DNA of 64,000 nucleotides. Source: Chiloscyllium plagiosum. Its lineage: Eukaryota. Shown here piece after piece: positions 1-12,547 of this stretch. How positions within the stretch are numbered: the stretch's first letter is position 1; the number at the start of each line of letters is the position of its first letter. Position numbers and translations under genes: made by a program. The notes beneath the pieces were generated by a model. The model did not search any database, was not told where the DNA came from, and was given only the letters and a program-made list of their open reading frames with translations. The stretch covers positions 20,733,753-20,797,752 of the forward strand of contig NC_057719.1 in NCBI RefSeq assembly GCF_004010195.1, in the 5' to 3' direction.

Positions 1-106
1 AAATGTCAATTTTCCTGCTCCTCAGATGCTGCCTGACTTGCTGTGCATTTCCAGCACTACTCTAATCTTGACTCTAATCTCCAGCAACTGCAGACCTCTC
101 GTTTGC
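1..106 (+). mobile_element. Penelope-like short element, family A (cut by window start within the hammerhead 3' part)
   Basis: AAATGTC-AATTTTCCTGCTCCTCAGATGCTGCCTGACTTGCTG...CTCCAGCAACTGCAG matches the other family A copies (e.g. 34397, 21499). Confidence 0.75.
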
Positions 107-1203
107 CGACTACTGCTGCAGGCAGGACATTCCACGCCCCTACTACTCTCTGAGTAAAGAAACTACCTTTGACATCTGTCCTATGTCTATCACCCCTCAA
201 TTTAAAGCTCTGTCCCCTCGTGCTGGCCATCATCATCCAAGGAAAAAAGCTCTCACTGTCCATCTTATCTAATCCTCTGATTATCTTTTATGTCTCAATT
301 AATTCACCTCTCAGTCTTCTTTGCTCTAACGAAAACAGCCTCAAGTCCCTCAGTTTTTCCTCATAAGACCTTCCCTCCATACCAGGCGACATCCTGGTTT
401 ATTTCCTCTAAACCCTTTCCAAACCATCCACAGCCTTCCTATAAGGCGATGACCAGAACTGCACACAATACTCCAAGTCCTACCGCACGAGAGTTTTGTA
501 CAGCTGTAACATGATCTCATGACTCTGAAACTCAAGCCCTCTACCAATAAAAGCCAATACACCGTATACCTTCTTAACAACCTTATCAACCTGGGTGGCA
601 ACTTTCAAGGATCTATGTACCTGGACACCAAGACCTCTCTGCTCATCTACGCTATCAAGAATCCTACCAATAGCCCATTTCTCTGCATTCCAGTTACTCC
701 TTCCGAAGTGAATCACCTCACACTTTTCTGCATTAAACTCTATTTGCCACCTCTCAGCCCAGCTCTGCAGCTTATCTATGTCTCTCTGGAGCCTACAACA
801 TTCTTTGTCACTATCCACAACTCTACTGACCTTAGTGTTATCCGTAAATTTACTAACCCATCCTTCTGTGCCCTCATCCAGGTCAATTTTTAAATGACAA
901 AAAACAATGGACCCAAAACAGATCCTTGTGGTACCCCACTAGTAACTGATCTCCAGGATGAAAATTTCCCATCAGCCACCACCCTTAGTCTTCTCTCAGC
1001 GAGCCAACTTCTGATCCAAATGGCTAAATCACCCTCAATCCCATGCCTCCATATTTTGTGCAATAGCCTACTGTGGAAAACCTTATCAAATGCCTTACTG
1101 AAATCCATATAGACCACATCAACTGCTTTACCCTCATCCACCTGTTTGGTCACCTTCTCAAAGAACTCAATAAGGTTTGTGAGGCACGACCTACCATTCA
1201 CAA
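107..1203 (-). mobile_element. CR1-clade LINE, RT and C-terminal fragment (decayed)
   Basis: Minus-strand frames give RSCLTNLIEFFE, VDVVYMDFSKAFDKV, SGVPQGSVLGPL, LQSWAERWQIEFNAEKC, FFTQRVVGAWN. Confidence 0.93.
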
Positions 1204-1225
1204 AGGATACCCTTCACCCTTACAC

Positions 1226-1300
1226 ATGAAACATCGACTTCTGCACCTCCTAATGCTGCCTGGCTTGCTGTATTCTTCCAGCCTCCTGCCTGTCTACCTC
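1226..1300 (+). mobile_element. Penelope-like short element, diverged family A-related fragment
   Basis: GAAACATCGAC...ATGCTGCCTGGCTTGCTGTATTCTTCCAGC resembles the family A body. Confidence 0.5.
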
Positions 1301-2333
1301 TGTCTAGGCTGCCTCCATCAGTCCACATGGCCCCTTGCAGCAATCCCAAGGGAAACACACTTTGCTTTTCTCCTGAACTGCCATCAGGAGAACTTCTATG
1401 GAGGGATAATTTAACTGTGTCCTCACTTTTTTTGCTGCCTCTCTGACTTCTTCAGACGTGGGTGGGAATGATGAGCAATGGTTGACCAATCCTCCCTAGT
1501 TGCCTGGATGTGCCATTGAGGTGCCATTAAATATGAAAGTTGAAAAATGGAGCCCAGAAGGTCTTATTAGGGGATGGAAATTTCTGTCAACCTGTCCATA
1601 AATGTTGCCATTTTACCCACACATGAATGTGTAATAAGTCTCGCAGAAATTAGATACACAACAACAAAACCTGGCGTGGCTCCCAGCAGGAATGTCTCCC
1701 TGTTTTGGCCTCCACACTTAGACTCAAAAAAAACCACAAGATTCTTCCCCTTAATTCTGATCCTGACTGGAGGTACAAATACATACTTAACTTTTCAGGA
1801 ACTCTTCATGTGATCGCCTCGGCCCAGAGCCTTCTCAGACTAATGTAGCCCAGGAGTCCACACAGACAGCAGCAAAGTGGATCAATGTTGAAACCACATG
1901 CCTTTTTCCATTTCGTAACTCTTGCTGCATTCTAGGAGTTAAAGGTCGTGAAGCCACTTTTAGAGCCACTGAGATAAAGCAGGTGTGTAAGGTGAGTGAA
2001 GGAATAGGGTGTCAGTGGATACATGAGGGTTGCAAATTTGGACAATGGTTTGAGATGGTCATGAAGAGATTAAGTTGCCAGTCTATTTGAATGAAGGTAG
2101 GGAAGGGAGTAGGGTGTGAGGTAGGTGAGTAGTTGGGATGCCATGTAGGAGAGTGTTGGGGTGCTAGGTAAACAAGGAGATAGCTTAACAGTGAAGGAGC
2201 AACAGGTAGATGAGGTAGCTGGTGAATGAGTGCTTAGAGTGTGAGGTGGGCGAGGGTTAAAGTACCAACTGGGTAAATAGTTGTGGTGGGACATGGATAG
2301 GATACTAGGTTGGAGAGGGGTGAGTTGTCAAAT

Positions 2334-2434
2334 AGGTAAGTAGATAAGGTGGCAATTGGGTTAGGTGCCAGACAGGTAAGTGGATAAGATGGCAATTGGG
2401 TTGCTTACCAGATGGGTAAGTAGATAGAGTGGCA
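2334..2434 (+). repeat. 40-bp minisatellite (about 2.5 copies) inside a G/A-rich tract (about 1975-2440)
   Basis: (A/G)GGTAAGT(A/G)GATA at 2334, 2374 and 2414; GGCAATTGGGTT repeated. Confidence 0.8.
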
Positions 2435-2479
2435 GGTAGTTCAAGGGCTTGTGGTTCCACGTGGAATGGAAGGAATTCA

Positions 2480-2605
2480 GCTGTAAAAACTCAGCAGTTC
2501 TGGCAGTATCCATAGAGAGAAAGCAGAACTAATGTTTCAGGTCCAGTGACCTTTCTTCAGATTTTTCTGATTTCCAGCATCTGCAATTCTTTGGTGTTTT
2601 TGCTT
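2480..2605 (-). mobile_element. Penelope-like short element, family B, with hammerhead core at 2531-2560 (-)
   Basis: Minus strand reads CTGAAGA-A-AGGTC-ACTG-GACCT-GAAAC-ATT (perfect 5-bp stem II); body matches 27190-27594. Confidence 0.75.
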
Positions 2606-3015
2606 TATCTTGTTTAGGAATTCAGATGTCCTTGCTGGAGCAAATGATTTGGTGATCAATCAAGTGTGCAATGGACCAATTTAACAGTCATATATAAATT
2701 CGAACAATTTTTATTTACACTAACATTTTCTGGATAACTACTCATTGTAGTCAGTCAGATCCTTTCAAAGAGTTTTTCAGAAGGTTCCAGCCACTCAGAC
2801 ATTGCTTGTTGGATGTTTTTCAGGGACTCTTGCTGCAATGGGATTTCCTCATGGTTCTGATCGCAACACTGATCGACCCTGTTGTAATGAGTACCGACCC
2901 ATTGGAAGATCCAGGCCAATATTATTTTGGAATAACTCCTGACTCATCTTTCCATTGGGTTGACCTGGCAGGAAAGTCATAACCACTGCTTAATTCAGGC
3001 CTCACAGTTAATGTT

Positions 3016-3340
3016 CTTTTCATTCGTTCACAGGATGTGGGTAGACCACCATTTATTGCCCATCCCTAATTGTCTAGAGGACAGTTAAGAGTTAATCACA
3101 TTGCGGGAGTCACATGTTGGCCAGACAAGAGATTTCCTTCTCTACAGTGCATTCACAAAATAGATGTTTCCCCCATCCTCAAAACAATTGGCAATAGTTT
3201 CATGATCACCAGTACAGCCTTAATTCCAGACTTTTATTGAACTTAAATTCCACTACTTAACATGTTAGAATTCAAATTCAGAACATGACGTGGGTCTCTG
3301 GATGTAGAGTGTTGTAAGAACACCATTGGGCCATTGTCTC
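3016..3340 (-). mobile_element. tRNA-derived Deu-domain SINE (SacSINE1-like)
   Basis: Body aligns with 43670-43955; 3' tail AATTAGGGATGGGCAATAAATG...CCCACATCCTGTGAACGAATGAA is shared with the second LINE family. Confidence 0.7.
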
Positions 3341-4263
3341 TTTCTTAAACAGCTGTCAGTTATTTGTCCATTTGTCAGACAGCAACACCATCAGAGCCTA
3401 ATCAGAAGATTTTAAGAAGGATCTTGCAGGTTTCTGGTGAGATGTCCTTCTGAGGTACGAGTGAAAACATTTTGAAATGTGAATGAGTAAATCCCACTAG
3501 TCCACCCATTTTCTGCCAGGAGGGCATTTAAGTTCCCCTTTATAATGCATACAGTAATCATAACTGTCAATAAAGATAAGTCTTCAATGAAAATGGAGAT
3601 GCTGCCATTTCAAGTGCACATGAAATCTTCATGCATGTTAGATTATCAGACTCATTCATCATCTCATTGCATCCATTTCAGAATGTCAGTCTGACTAGTT
3701 TCCCATGATTAATGCCATGCAAAGCCTATTGAACTGAAACAGCCTTGATTTAATGCTAAACAAAATAAATCCCACTCATTGATGCAAATTTTCAAAAATG
3801 CCATGCCATGGCAGACATTTGGAATGTCAGATGAAATTCCCTTTTAAGTGGTTTCTGCCAAAAATCATATAGATTTGTCATCAGTCGACCAATGTTGCAC
3901 ATTTGAAATTGCTGCACAGTGAATTAATATTGTGGCAGTTTCCAATTCCATTTTTAGTCAAAAATGGGTTGTGGTAAATTAATACCCTGGCAGGAGTACC
4001 CTCTTAAGAACTAATGTGCCTTAAGGTGAGTGCATTTAAAAAACATTATTTGACCCAAGTCATCTAAGAAGTACTGTGGAAATCACTTAAAAGTAGAAAT
4101 TAACTTCTTATTATTAAGTTTGATCAGAATAAATGCTAAAAAAAACCTGATAGACAGAACTAATCACAGATATGATTCTCCTTTTGAACAGATCTTAATT
4201 CTCTAATGTATCCCATTGATTTTCATGTTGTCAAAAATCTTTGTCATTTGATTTCACAGTGAT

Positions 4264-4571
4264 TAAATTAGATTACAGTGTGGAAACAGGCCCTTCGGCC
4301 CAACAAGTCCACACCGACCCGCTGAAGCGAAACCCACCCATACCCCTACATTTACCCCTTACCTAACACTACGGGCAATTTAGTATGGCCAATCCACCTG
4401 ACCCTGCACATCTTTGGATGGTAGGAGGAAACCGGAGCACCCGGAGGAAACCCACGCAGACACGGGGAGAACGTGCAAACTCCACACAGTTAGTCGCCTG
4501 AGGCGGGAATTGAACCCGGGTCTCTGGCGCTGTGAGGCAGCAGTGCTAACCACTGTGCCACCATGCTGCCC
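4264..4571 (-). mobile_element. HE1/V-SINE-type tRNA-derived SINE
   Basis: A box TGGCACAGTGG, B box GGTTCAATTCC, V-domain TGTGGAGTTTGCACGTTCTCCCCGTGTCTGCGTGGGTTTCCTCCGG, CR1-like tail; CAGTGAT flanks both sides (4257, 4580). Confidence 0.92.
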
Positions 4572-4639
4572 ACTGCCCCCAGTGATCTCTTGTTCATTTG
4601 CAATGCAATTTTTGCTATTGAACATTGTATTGCAGTTCT

Positions 4640-5990
4640 AAGGACTGCTTTCGAGTTATGTTTGCTTGTATTAAAAAGGGCTTTAATGTCAGAAAGCTTC
4701 ACATGGGAACGTAGTAAAGCAAAATGATGAGAGCTGTTCAAGGAAATATTTGGGCACAACTTCAAAGCTTGGTGGAAAGGTTGATGTTCAGGATGGTCTG
4801 AAAGGAGGAAGGAGAGTTGGAGAGTGTGATGAGAGATTTCCAGAGCATGAAATCTTGACCAATGAAGGCACAGTCATTAAAAATGGATCATTTAAGATTG
4901 GGGATGCGGAAGAGGTCAAAATTACAAAAATGCAATTTCCTGAGATTACTGTGGGGCTATAAGCCACAGCTTGGTGTGGAGTAAGTTCCAACATCCTCCT
5001 CAAATGACTGGAGGAGTTTCCAGAGATGGAAGTGGTAAAGACTGAGATTTTACATCAAGGGTGAGAATGTTAAAAACTAGGAGTTTCTCCACCAGGAGCC
5101 TGTGGAGGTCAATGAGCAATGAGAGGTGATGGGTGAAAGACCTTTTGTGCACTCAGAAATGGGAAACGGTTTCAAATCAATGTATTACAATGGACAAATG
5201 TTGAAAATCAGTGAGGCATGCATGTGAATAGTCAAACCTAGAGGAAACAAAAGCATGGTGAGAGCGGAGAAATTAGAAATAAACAGGGGCAGGAACAAAA
5301 TGACCAAAATTATGGAGGAGGAAACAGAAAGTCCACGTGATTGCATTTTTATGTTATTAGAAGGTCATCTCAGGCCATAATATGGCACCACGTCTGTGTA
5401 CCAGCTAGTTGAACTTCAGACAAATGTCAGGGGTGGCTACAAAGCAAGTTTGTCACTGGGACTGAAAGCAATTGAAAAGATCTCTCGATGTTCCAGTGGG
5501 ATACACTTCTGCTGCTCCATTAAGTTAATGTGGACAAGTCACCTGATAACTGGAAGATAGTAATGATGTTGAAGGAGATGGTAGTGAGGCAGAGCTAGTG
5601 GTTCCTGCAAACATGTGGAAGTTAATATTTCTGGATGATGTCACAGGTAAATAAGAAATAGGGGGTAGCCAAAGATTGATGTTTGAGGGACACAAAGGGA
5701 TCAGAGTACACAAGGAGGACAGGCCACTTTAGATGATTCTTTGGCTACAATTAGATAGACAGGAATGGAACAAGATGAGTCTAGTCCCACCAAACTGAAG
5801 GGCACTAGAGAGGTGATGGAACAGGATGGTCAACTATGTCAAAAGGCTACAGACAGGTTGAGAATATTAGGCGGGATATAGTCACAAAGCGTGGCATTTA
5901 TGACTTTGAAAAAAGCAGGGACAGAAACCTGATTGAAAAGATTCAAATAAAGAGCTCCAGGAAAGGAACATGGAAGGCATATTCACACTC
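4640..5990 (-). mobile_element. Old L2-type LINE remnant (3' portion)
   Basis: Purine-rich plus strand typical of an antisense L2 3' end; heavily degraded, no intact motifs. Confidence 0.5.
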
Positions 5991-6389
5991 CAGTCTGCCT
6001 ACCGAGGTCGGACTGTGAATCATCTCACTATTCTCTTACTAGGAAAGGTGTTTAAGTTATTAATGGATATTTTGATGTTTGTGATGCATTACAAAAACAC
6101 ATTATATCAACACACGTCATGAAATGACCTGACTATGACGTACAATCTAATTTTATGATGCATCACCAGACGAAACAGCATTGCTCTAGTGAAAACAAAG
6201 TTAATTAAAGGTGAAGAACAAAAGCTTGTCTTTCCAGTGATGCCTATAGCATAAAGAAAATACAAACAAAGCCTTTATTTTTCTGGTAATACTGCTGCTT
6301 TTACTAATATGGAATTATTGAGTTATGAAGTGCGATGGAGTCATAATAAATAGAACACAATATCTGAAAAATCAGTAAAATGATAAACA

Positions 6390-6700
6390 GGCGTCACGGT
6401 GGCACAGTGGTTAGCACTGCTGCCTCATAGCGCCAGAGACCCGGGTTCAATTACCGCCTCAGGCGGCTGACTGTGTGGAGTTTGCACATTCTCCCTGTGT
6501 CTGTGTGGGCTTCCTCCGGATGCTCCGGTTTCCTCCCACAGTCCAAAAATGTGCAGGTTAGGTGAATTGGACGTGTTAAATTGTCCGTAGTGTTAGATGA
6601 AGGGGTAAATGTAGGGGAATGGGTCTGGGTGAGTTACGCTTCGGCGGGTCAGTGTGGATTTGTTGGGCCGAAGGGCCTATTTCCACACTGTAAGTAATCT
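6390..6700 (+). mobile_element. HE1/V-SINE-type SINE
   Basis: GGTGGCACAGTGGTTAGCACTGCTGCCTCA...GGTTCAATT; V-domain; tail GGGCCGAAGGGCCTATTTCCACACTGTA. Confidence 0.92.
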
Positions 6701-6840
6701 AAATATATAGGTACAATCTCGCTCAGTGTTAGTGAGCAGTATTTATACCATTATTAAGACATGAGTTTGAACACAGCCAAGACTGAAAATCAAACGTTCC
6801 TTAACTAAATGTATTTTAGTTGCTGTCTCAATGCAGTTAC

Positions 6841-6960
6841 ATGATGAAGCTTTTGCCCGAAACATCAATTTTCCTGATTCTCGGATGTTGCCTGACCTGC
6901 TGTGCTTTTCCAGCACCACACTCTCGACTCTAATCTCCAGCATCTGCAGTCCGCACTTTT
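6841..6960 (+). mobile_element. Penelope-like short element, family A (hammerhead core damaged)
   Basis: TGATGAAGCTTTTGCCCGAAACATC followed by family A body; AGTTACA on both flanks. Confidence 0.8.
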
Positions 6961-6996
6961 GTAGTTACAATGAGTCAGGCCAGAATCATAATGTTT

Positions 6997-7026
6997 AGAA
7001 CATAGAACATAGAACATAGAAGAATA
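6997..7026 (-). repeat. 30-bp CR1 tail-only insertion, (AGAACAT)n, with 10-bp TSD
   Basis: CATAATGTTT at 6987-6996 and 7027-7036; insert is the reverse complement of the GTTCTAT tail seen at about 63340. Confidence 0.75.
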
Positions 7027-7235
7027 CATAATGTTTCTGTTATATCACTTCATTTACAAGGCTATGTAGCTGAAAAATGTAAAATTCACACTTATTTAGC
7101 ATAGAATCTTGGAATGGTCAAAGTGCACAACACCATTCATCTGTCATGTTAGTATGGCTCTCTACATGAACAGTAGGCTACTCCCATTCCCCCAAACTCA
7201 GCGTAAAATCTGAATGATCAGGATTTCAAGCCTGT

Positions 7236-7450
7236 ATTCAATTGATTGATTTATTGTTGTCACATGTACTGAGATACAGCGAAAAATGTTTTTTGTGTGC
7301 TGTGCAGGCAGATCATACTATAAAAAATGCATCAGGGTAACAGAATAGTGTGCAGAATACAGAGATACAGCTGGAGAGAAGGTGTAAAGAGACAGAGATT
7401 AGAATTAACATTTGAGAAGTGCATTCAAGAGTCTGTTAACAGCGGGGAGC
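7236..7450 (-). mobile_element. Rex1/Babar-type LINE 3' end
   Basis: Reverse complement of the tail at 46185-46350 (CTGT...GTACATGTGACAACAATAAA followed by TCAA repeats). Confidence 0.6.
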
Positions 7451-8432
7451 AATACTAAATTTATTGTAACAATACTGAAAATATTTACAGCCATACTTGT
7501 CACTATTGAGAAATAGATTCTTAGAAATATGAATGGTAATCATATTCTTCACAGGCAAGTCAGCCTGAGGCAGGGAACATATAAAGCCTGACCTGGACAC
7601 ATTTTAATTAGAATCTTTCCTATTATCAATCTCAAGATATTTCTAAAAGTCACTTCATATTGTTGATCTGTTCAAAAGAAAGTTTGCACACCATTGAGGC
7701 CAAAGCAAGGGTTTGCAGCTTTTCATTATTAGCATAAGAGTAGTAAAGCCATTAGGAGCTTGACTCATTCATTCCAACTGATTCAAAACAAAGCTTTCAG
7801 GCACACCTTGTTTGTAGGAGCACTATTTATTTGTTTGTGAGACATGCCATACTTTTAAGTTATTTTTTCCTGTGGACATATAGCGAGGAAGTTTACATTT
7901 TCGATGTATTCTGTGGTTATAATTTATATATCGTCTTAATTCAGCTCACATGGAATTTAGGAACACAGATACGCCATTCAACTTGAGCCTATTCTCCAGT
8001 TATGCACAAATAAAGTCCTCCTCAAAAAAGCGAAAGCTTGGAGTTACAAGGCAGCAATCTCTGAGGCAATTATACATTCTGAAATAAATGTATCAACAAT
8101 TAATTTATTTTCAATATAACCTAATGTAATCCCAGGGACACATTCAGTGAATGAGTTGCTGTATAAAGATGTTTTTATTTTATGATTTTCCTTAATATAA
8201 GTTCAATGGAAGGTTTCTTCATAATTTCCTGCTATATCTAAGTTACATCTAAATTGGAGAAACGAGTATACTGAGACAAACCCCTGGTTCACAGTAAGGA
8301 ACCCATGAAGGACTTTTAATGCACGACCAGCTTCTGCCAATGCTGTTGGCAACAACTCAGCATCTGAGGCAATTTTTCCTCTTTGTGCTTCATCATGTAT
8401 CTCCTCAGGGCACACACAGTAAAACAGTGACA

Positions 8433-10571
8433 ATGGATTAAATTTTACCAGAATTTGACTGGGTGCAAGTTTTGGCAAGTTTCACGAAGAGTTTCTCTAC
8501 ATTAGCCTGAGTGGGATTCCTAACTTTATTCTTCAAAATATGTCTCATTAGCTATACACCAAACCTCTATGGTACCCTACTCATCCTATCTTCATTCTTG
8601 CTGCAGGCAGATGTACCCCCCATAACCAGGATCTCATGGGATTCTGCTTGTGAACCAGTTTGTTCTGGAGTTTTCCTGTGTAGTTTCTTCATCTCTGGAA
8701 TTGCCCCAGATGTGTTGGACAGAAGAAAATTGGTAACTGATATGTACTCCGCACAGTAGGATAAAGCATAAGGTTCACAGACACCATTTTGTGATAACCA
8801 TTGCCTTTCAGCTATGTTGCATGGGTGTTTGGTTAAGTACTATTGCCCTTTAAATGGTTCCACATTACACGCAAGTTCAGTCCTCTCTCTCACAGATTTA
8901 AGTACTTACTCCACCCAGTCTGAGTGTGTGACAGACATTTTCACGTCCATTGAACATTTGTAATTTGGATGAGGGTGGAAGGAAACAGTGGCCACACGGG
9001 AGCAAATCACAGACACAGCTGCTGATGAATGCTAAAATCGTGATATTCCATTCTTGCTCACCCTACCCATCTGCTTTGGTCCCTAGGTTCCAATTCAGCC
9101 CACTTATTTAACTGTTTATCACCTCACTTTACCCTCTGAACCTCAGGCAGACCACATCATTATGCCAGACAAGTAATGTACTGCTAACCCCCTCACTGAA
9201 GCAAGGTGTTGCTGACTGTAAAGGACGTCCTACTCTGTCATTACTCCTTTCTCTCATATGCTTCATTGTCTTTCCCACTTACACACCGCCCCATTCCATT
9301 CACAATTGTTACCCCATCTGCATCCCGGCATGCTGCTGCCAATCTCCACAGCTGAGTTGCTCACTTCCCGACAGAAGAAGTGGCTCTTGATTACGCTTCC
9401 TTGACTTTTAGTGGATGGGCTCCCAGGACTTACTGTGACCCACTCCTTGACAGGTTTGAACAGCCAGCCTCAGCCAATGACTGACTATATCTCTTATACA
9501 ACTGCATATGTAGTTGTAGATGCATATACAACTTCCCATCTGAATTCTGTAACTCTCCAGATTGGTTGTACTGGGCTTGCAGGACTAACTGTGTTCCACA
9601 CACTTGACTATAAATATATGCACCGCTGAGCACTCCAAGTATCTATCTAACCACGCCAAAACCCCGAGACTATATTGGAGAGCACCTTTAACTAACTTGT
9701 GCTGGGACTCCCTTCCTGAAAGCTGTCTCCTTTGACTTGATTGAAGACACTGAGACATGGCCATGCAGTGTGTATACTGCAGGCACATGGTGCAGGTATA
9801 TGATTGGTGTCACATGGTGAGATATCGAAACGTATCCATCCCATTGACTGATCATGTTTGGCACTTGAAATAAGCTGCCCAGCTTTGAATCTGTGCTAAA
9901 AGGAAAGGCAAGGCATTGTTGCTGTGAATATCCAGGTAGGCATAAAGTGAATGAACATGAAGACAGCAGGCGAGGAATCCTGAAAAGCAGCTCAGTCCAA
10001 TCCATGAGCCTGTCCCTGTGTGCAAAGTTTCCTGGCAGCAGCATTACAATGAAAGTTTTCAGCGCAACTGCAAAATGCAGCAATAAGTATCATAAAGAGA
10101 TGGGAGAAGTGCTGTGAGTGTATGGTGGTGCTGCTATGTGGCAGATGCCAATGTTCATAGATAGGAGGTACAGGTGGTAAATGCCATAGGGTTTGTTCAA
10201 TGATGTTGGTGCCTGGTGTCCAAGATGGAGGACCAGAGGAGCAAGCTGCGAGCTGGAGGCACCTGGTAATCACTCTGGTTTTCATATCAGGAATTGTCAT
10301 CATCTAGTTTCTACCAGGCAGGTGAGAGAATGGAAAACTGCAAATAAATAAGGTGAGATTACGTAATAATGACATATTAATGCATTCAAATGATTACATT
10401 TTGGCTGCTTGCCACTCATCAGCAAGATTCTCATCTTGCTGTTCAACATTTGATTGGAGAATGGGATATTTTCCGTTCAACTTTGAGAATCCCATTCCTG
10501 CCAATCCCACTGTCACCTCCCAACTTTCTCACAAATACCCACATCATGCAGGTACTGGGAAGACTCTGTCT
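8433..10571 (-). mobile_element. Decayed PIF/Harbinger DNA transposon (transposase remnant about 9610-10200, minus strand)
   Basis: Minus frames AVALKTFIV, QGQAHG..SGF, DGYVSISHHVTP, KGALQYS resemble HARBI1-type motifs; degenerate TIR-like ends; left end is homologous to 39480-39550 (inverted). Confidence 0.5.
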
Positions 10572-10779
10572 ATCATTTCAAAAGTATTTTGTTGTCATTA
10601 AAACATTTGTTCCAAAAACATTACGCAAATCGAACTGAAAACAGAAATGTTCATAAAACCTATATCTTTCCTGAACATTCTATTGGTTTGAGACCTAATG
10701 ACTGTTAATTAGGAAAGCACTTTGCACCTAAAAAGCTTTCACTAACACCAGTAAGCAGATGCCTGTTTTTAGGTGGCAT

Positions 10780-12547
10780 TGGAAAACATTTTGAATGAAA
10801 AATTAAGTGGGAACAGTGAGCTTCTCTGTGATGTAGATGTGTGGCAATTCTAGATAGTAAAGCTTCACTTTCATGTTTTCTTTTATATTCTCCTCTTTGT
10901 CCTGTTTCCTTCGAGAAAGTCATCCAGTTCTGACATAATTCTACTCCTCTCAGAAGTGCCAAATTGTGCAATGCACAATCTTTATGTGGGAGCACAATGC
11001 CAGCCTTTATTGAAAGATGGTCTGAGTCAGTCAAGATGCCATCAGCCAGGCATCCAGTTGGTGCCCCTTGTTGCATAGGCCTCACTGAAAAAAAAAATTG
11101 GCTGGAGAGTGAAAAATGAGTCGACAAAATGCAACAGGGCAACGCTCTGAAAATTTCACACAGTCTGGTAAAGTCCCCTTGCTGTAGGCACATGCCAGCT
11201 CAACCCTCCTCTCCAGAGAAGACTCAATTGCAGCATGGGAGCGGTATGTCATATTCCTGATCAGAGGAAATCCTGCCTGGGAAATTAAAGCCAAAAGCTC
11301 TCTGTTTTTGACTTGCTGTGACACTGACCTTAATGTACTGCAGTGCCACCCCAAACAGCGATGCATCAATTTGCTGCTGCAGTAGTGGGCTGCAGATTGT
11401 GAGATCCTGTTTATAAATCACTTCTGGGGTGAATTGGACACAAAAGAATTGAAATCTTCCTTCACCTTTATGGCCATAGGAAATTGGAGATCTTCTGCTC
11501 CTACCAGGAAAATGCAGAGGTCTGCAACAACTTGATGCTATAGCCATAGCCCACTGGTTAGCACTGTTGCCTCACAGCACAAGGACCCGGCCTCGATTCC
11601 CTCCTCAAGTAACCGTCTGTGTGGAGTTTGCACATTCTCCCTGAGTCTGCGTGGGTTTCCTCCAGGTGCTCAGGTTTCCTCCCACAATCCAAAGATAAGC
11701 AGATTAGGTGAATTGGCCATGCTTAAATTGCCCATAGTGCTCAGGAAGGTGGAGGTTAGATGCACTATTCGGGGATAAATGCAGGGTAGTTTGGGATGAT
11801 TGGGTTACTCTTTGGAGGGTCGGTGTGGACTTGTTGGGCCGAAGGGCCTGTTTCCACATTGTGGGGATCTTATGATTCTAAGAATAGCCTTGGAGACACT
11901 GATTACAACGAATGGAGAGAGAATGGTACCTTCTTCACAATACTACCCTGAGGCAACTCTCTCTGTTCCATCCAGATGCCTCTACCTGTGATACATGCTG
12001 TATCTGCTAATCGCTTTGCAACTGACATGGCTGCTGAGCTGAAAAGGCTGCATTTCCTCCTCAGTCATCCAGCCAATTCTGGAATATATGAACATTGACC
12101 CCGCTTGAACTCATAGATGAGAAGTGGGAGGGGGCAAAATCAATTAGCATCTGAACGTTTATTATATTTGTCTCAATAACATGCTCCTGTCAGGGTGATG
12201 TTTTGATGATGGCTGGCTGCTTGACAATTTTTCCCCTCATCTTGGTGATTTCATATTGACTTCAGCCCTCAGCCACTTCCTCCTGTTCATTCATCTTCAA
12301 TGACCCGCCGAGCTGTCAACACAGTGGATGATCCCCTGGGAAAGACGAATTGCAACTGTAAAATGGCTCCTGATGTATGTGGCAATTGTCTGAATTGGCT
12401 GCCCCATCTCGTCCACTCGCATTTCCTAACCCTTCCCTGACCAAGCTAACTGCAATTTCTGTTTTGGTTTTTCATCACCACCTATCCCTTTCATCTTCTC
12501 CAATCTCACTTCCCATAATCACACCAGCAGAGGAAAATTCTACTCCA
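10780..12547 (-). mobile_element. Decayed PIF/Harbinger transposon, near-complete frameshifted transposase (about 10780-12000), split by a SINE
   Basis: Ordered motifs FPMAIKVKEDFNSFVSNSPQ, QRAFGF, AGFPLIRNMTYRSHAAI, VELACAYSKGTLPDCVKFSERCPVAF, CALHNLALLRG; TIR-like GGAGTAGAATTTTCC at about 12533-12547. Confidence 0.8.
11552..11880 (+). mobile_element. HE1/V-SINE-type SINE inserted in Harbinger transposase
   Basis: TGGTTAGCACTGTTGCCTCACAGC, V-domain, tail GGGCCGAAGGGCCTGTTTCCACA. Confidence 0.9.

Noticed and set aside
6390..6465. tRNA gene (also the other A/B-box hits)
   Set aside because: Each continues into a V- or Deu-domain and a LINE-type tail or body, so they are SINE-type heads
9893..10117. 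Plus-strand CAKFPGSS as a Harbinger motif
   Set aside because: Several ordered motifs lie on the minus strand here, so the single plus-strand match is probably coincidental
10705..11193. 162-aa minus-strand ORF with a good-looking splice acceptor (T-run + CAG at about 11085) as a host exon
   Set aside because: CALHNLALLRG and the upstream frameshifted AGFP and VELAC motifs identify it as the C-terminus of a decayed Harbinger transposase
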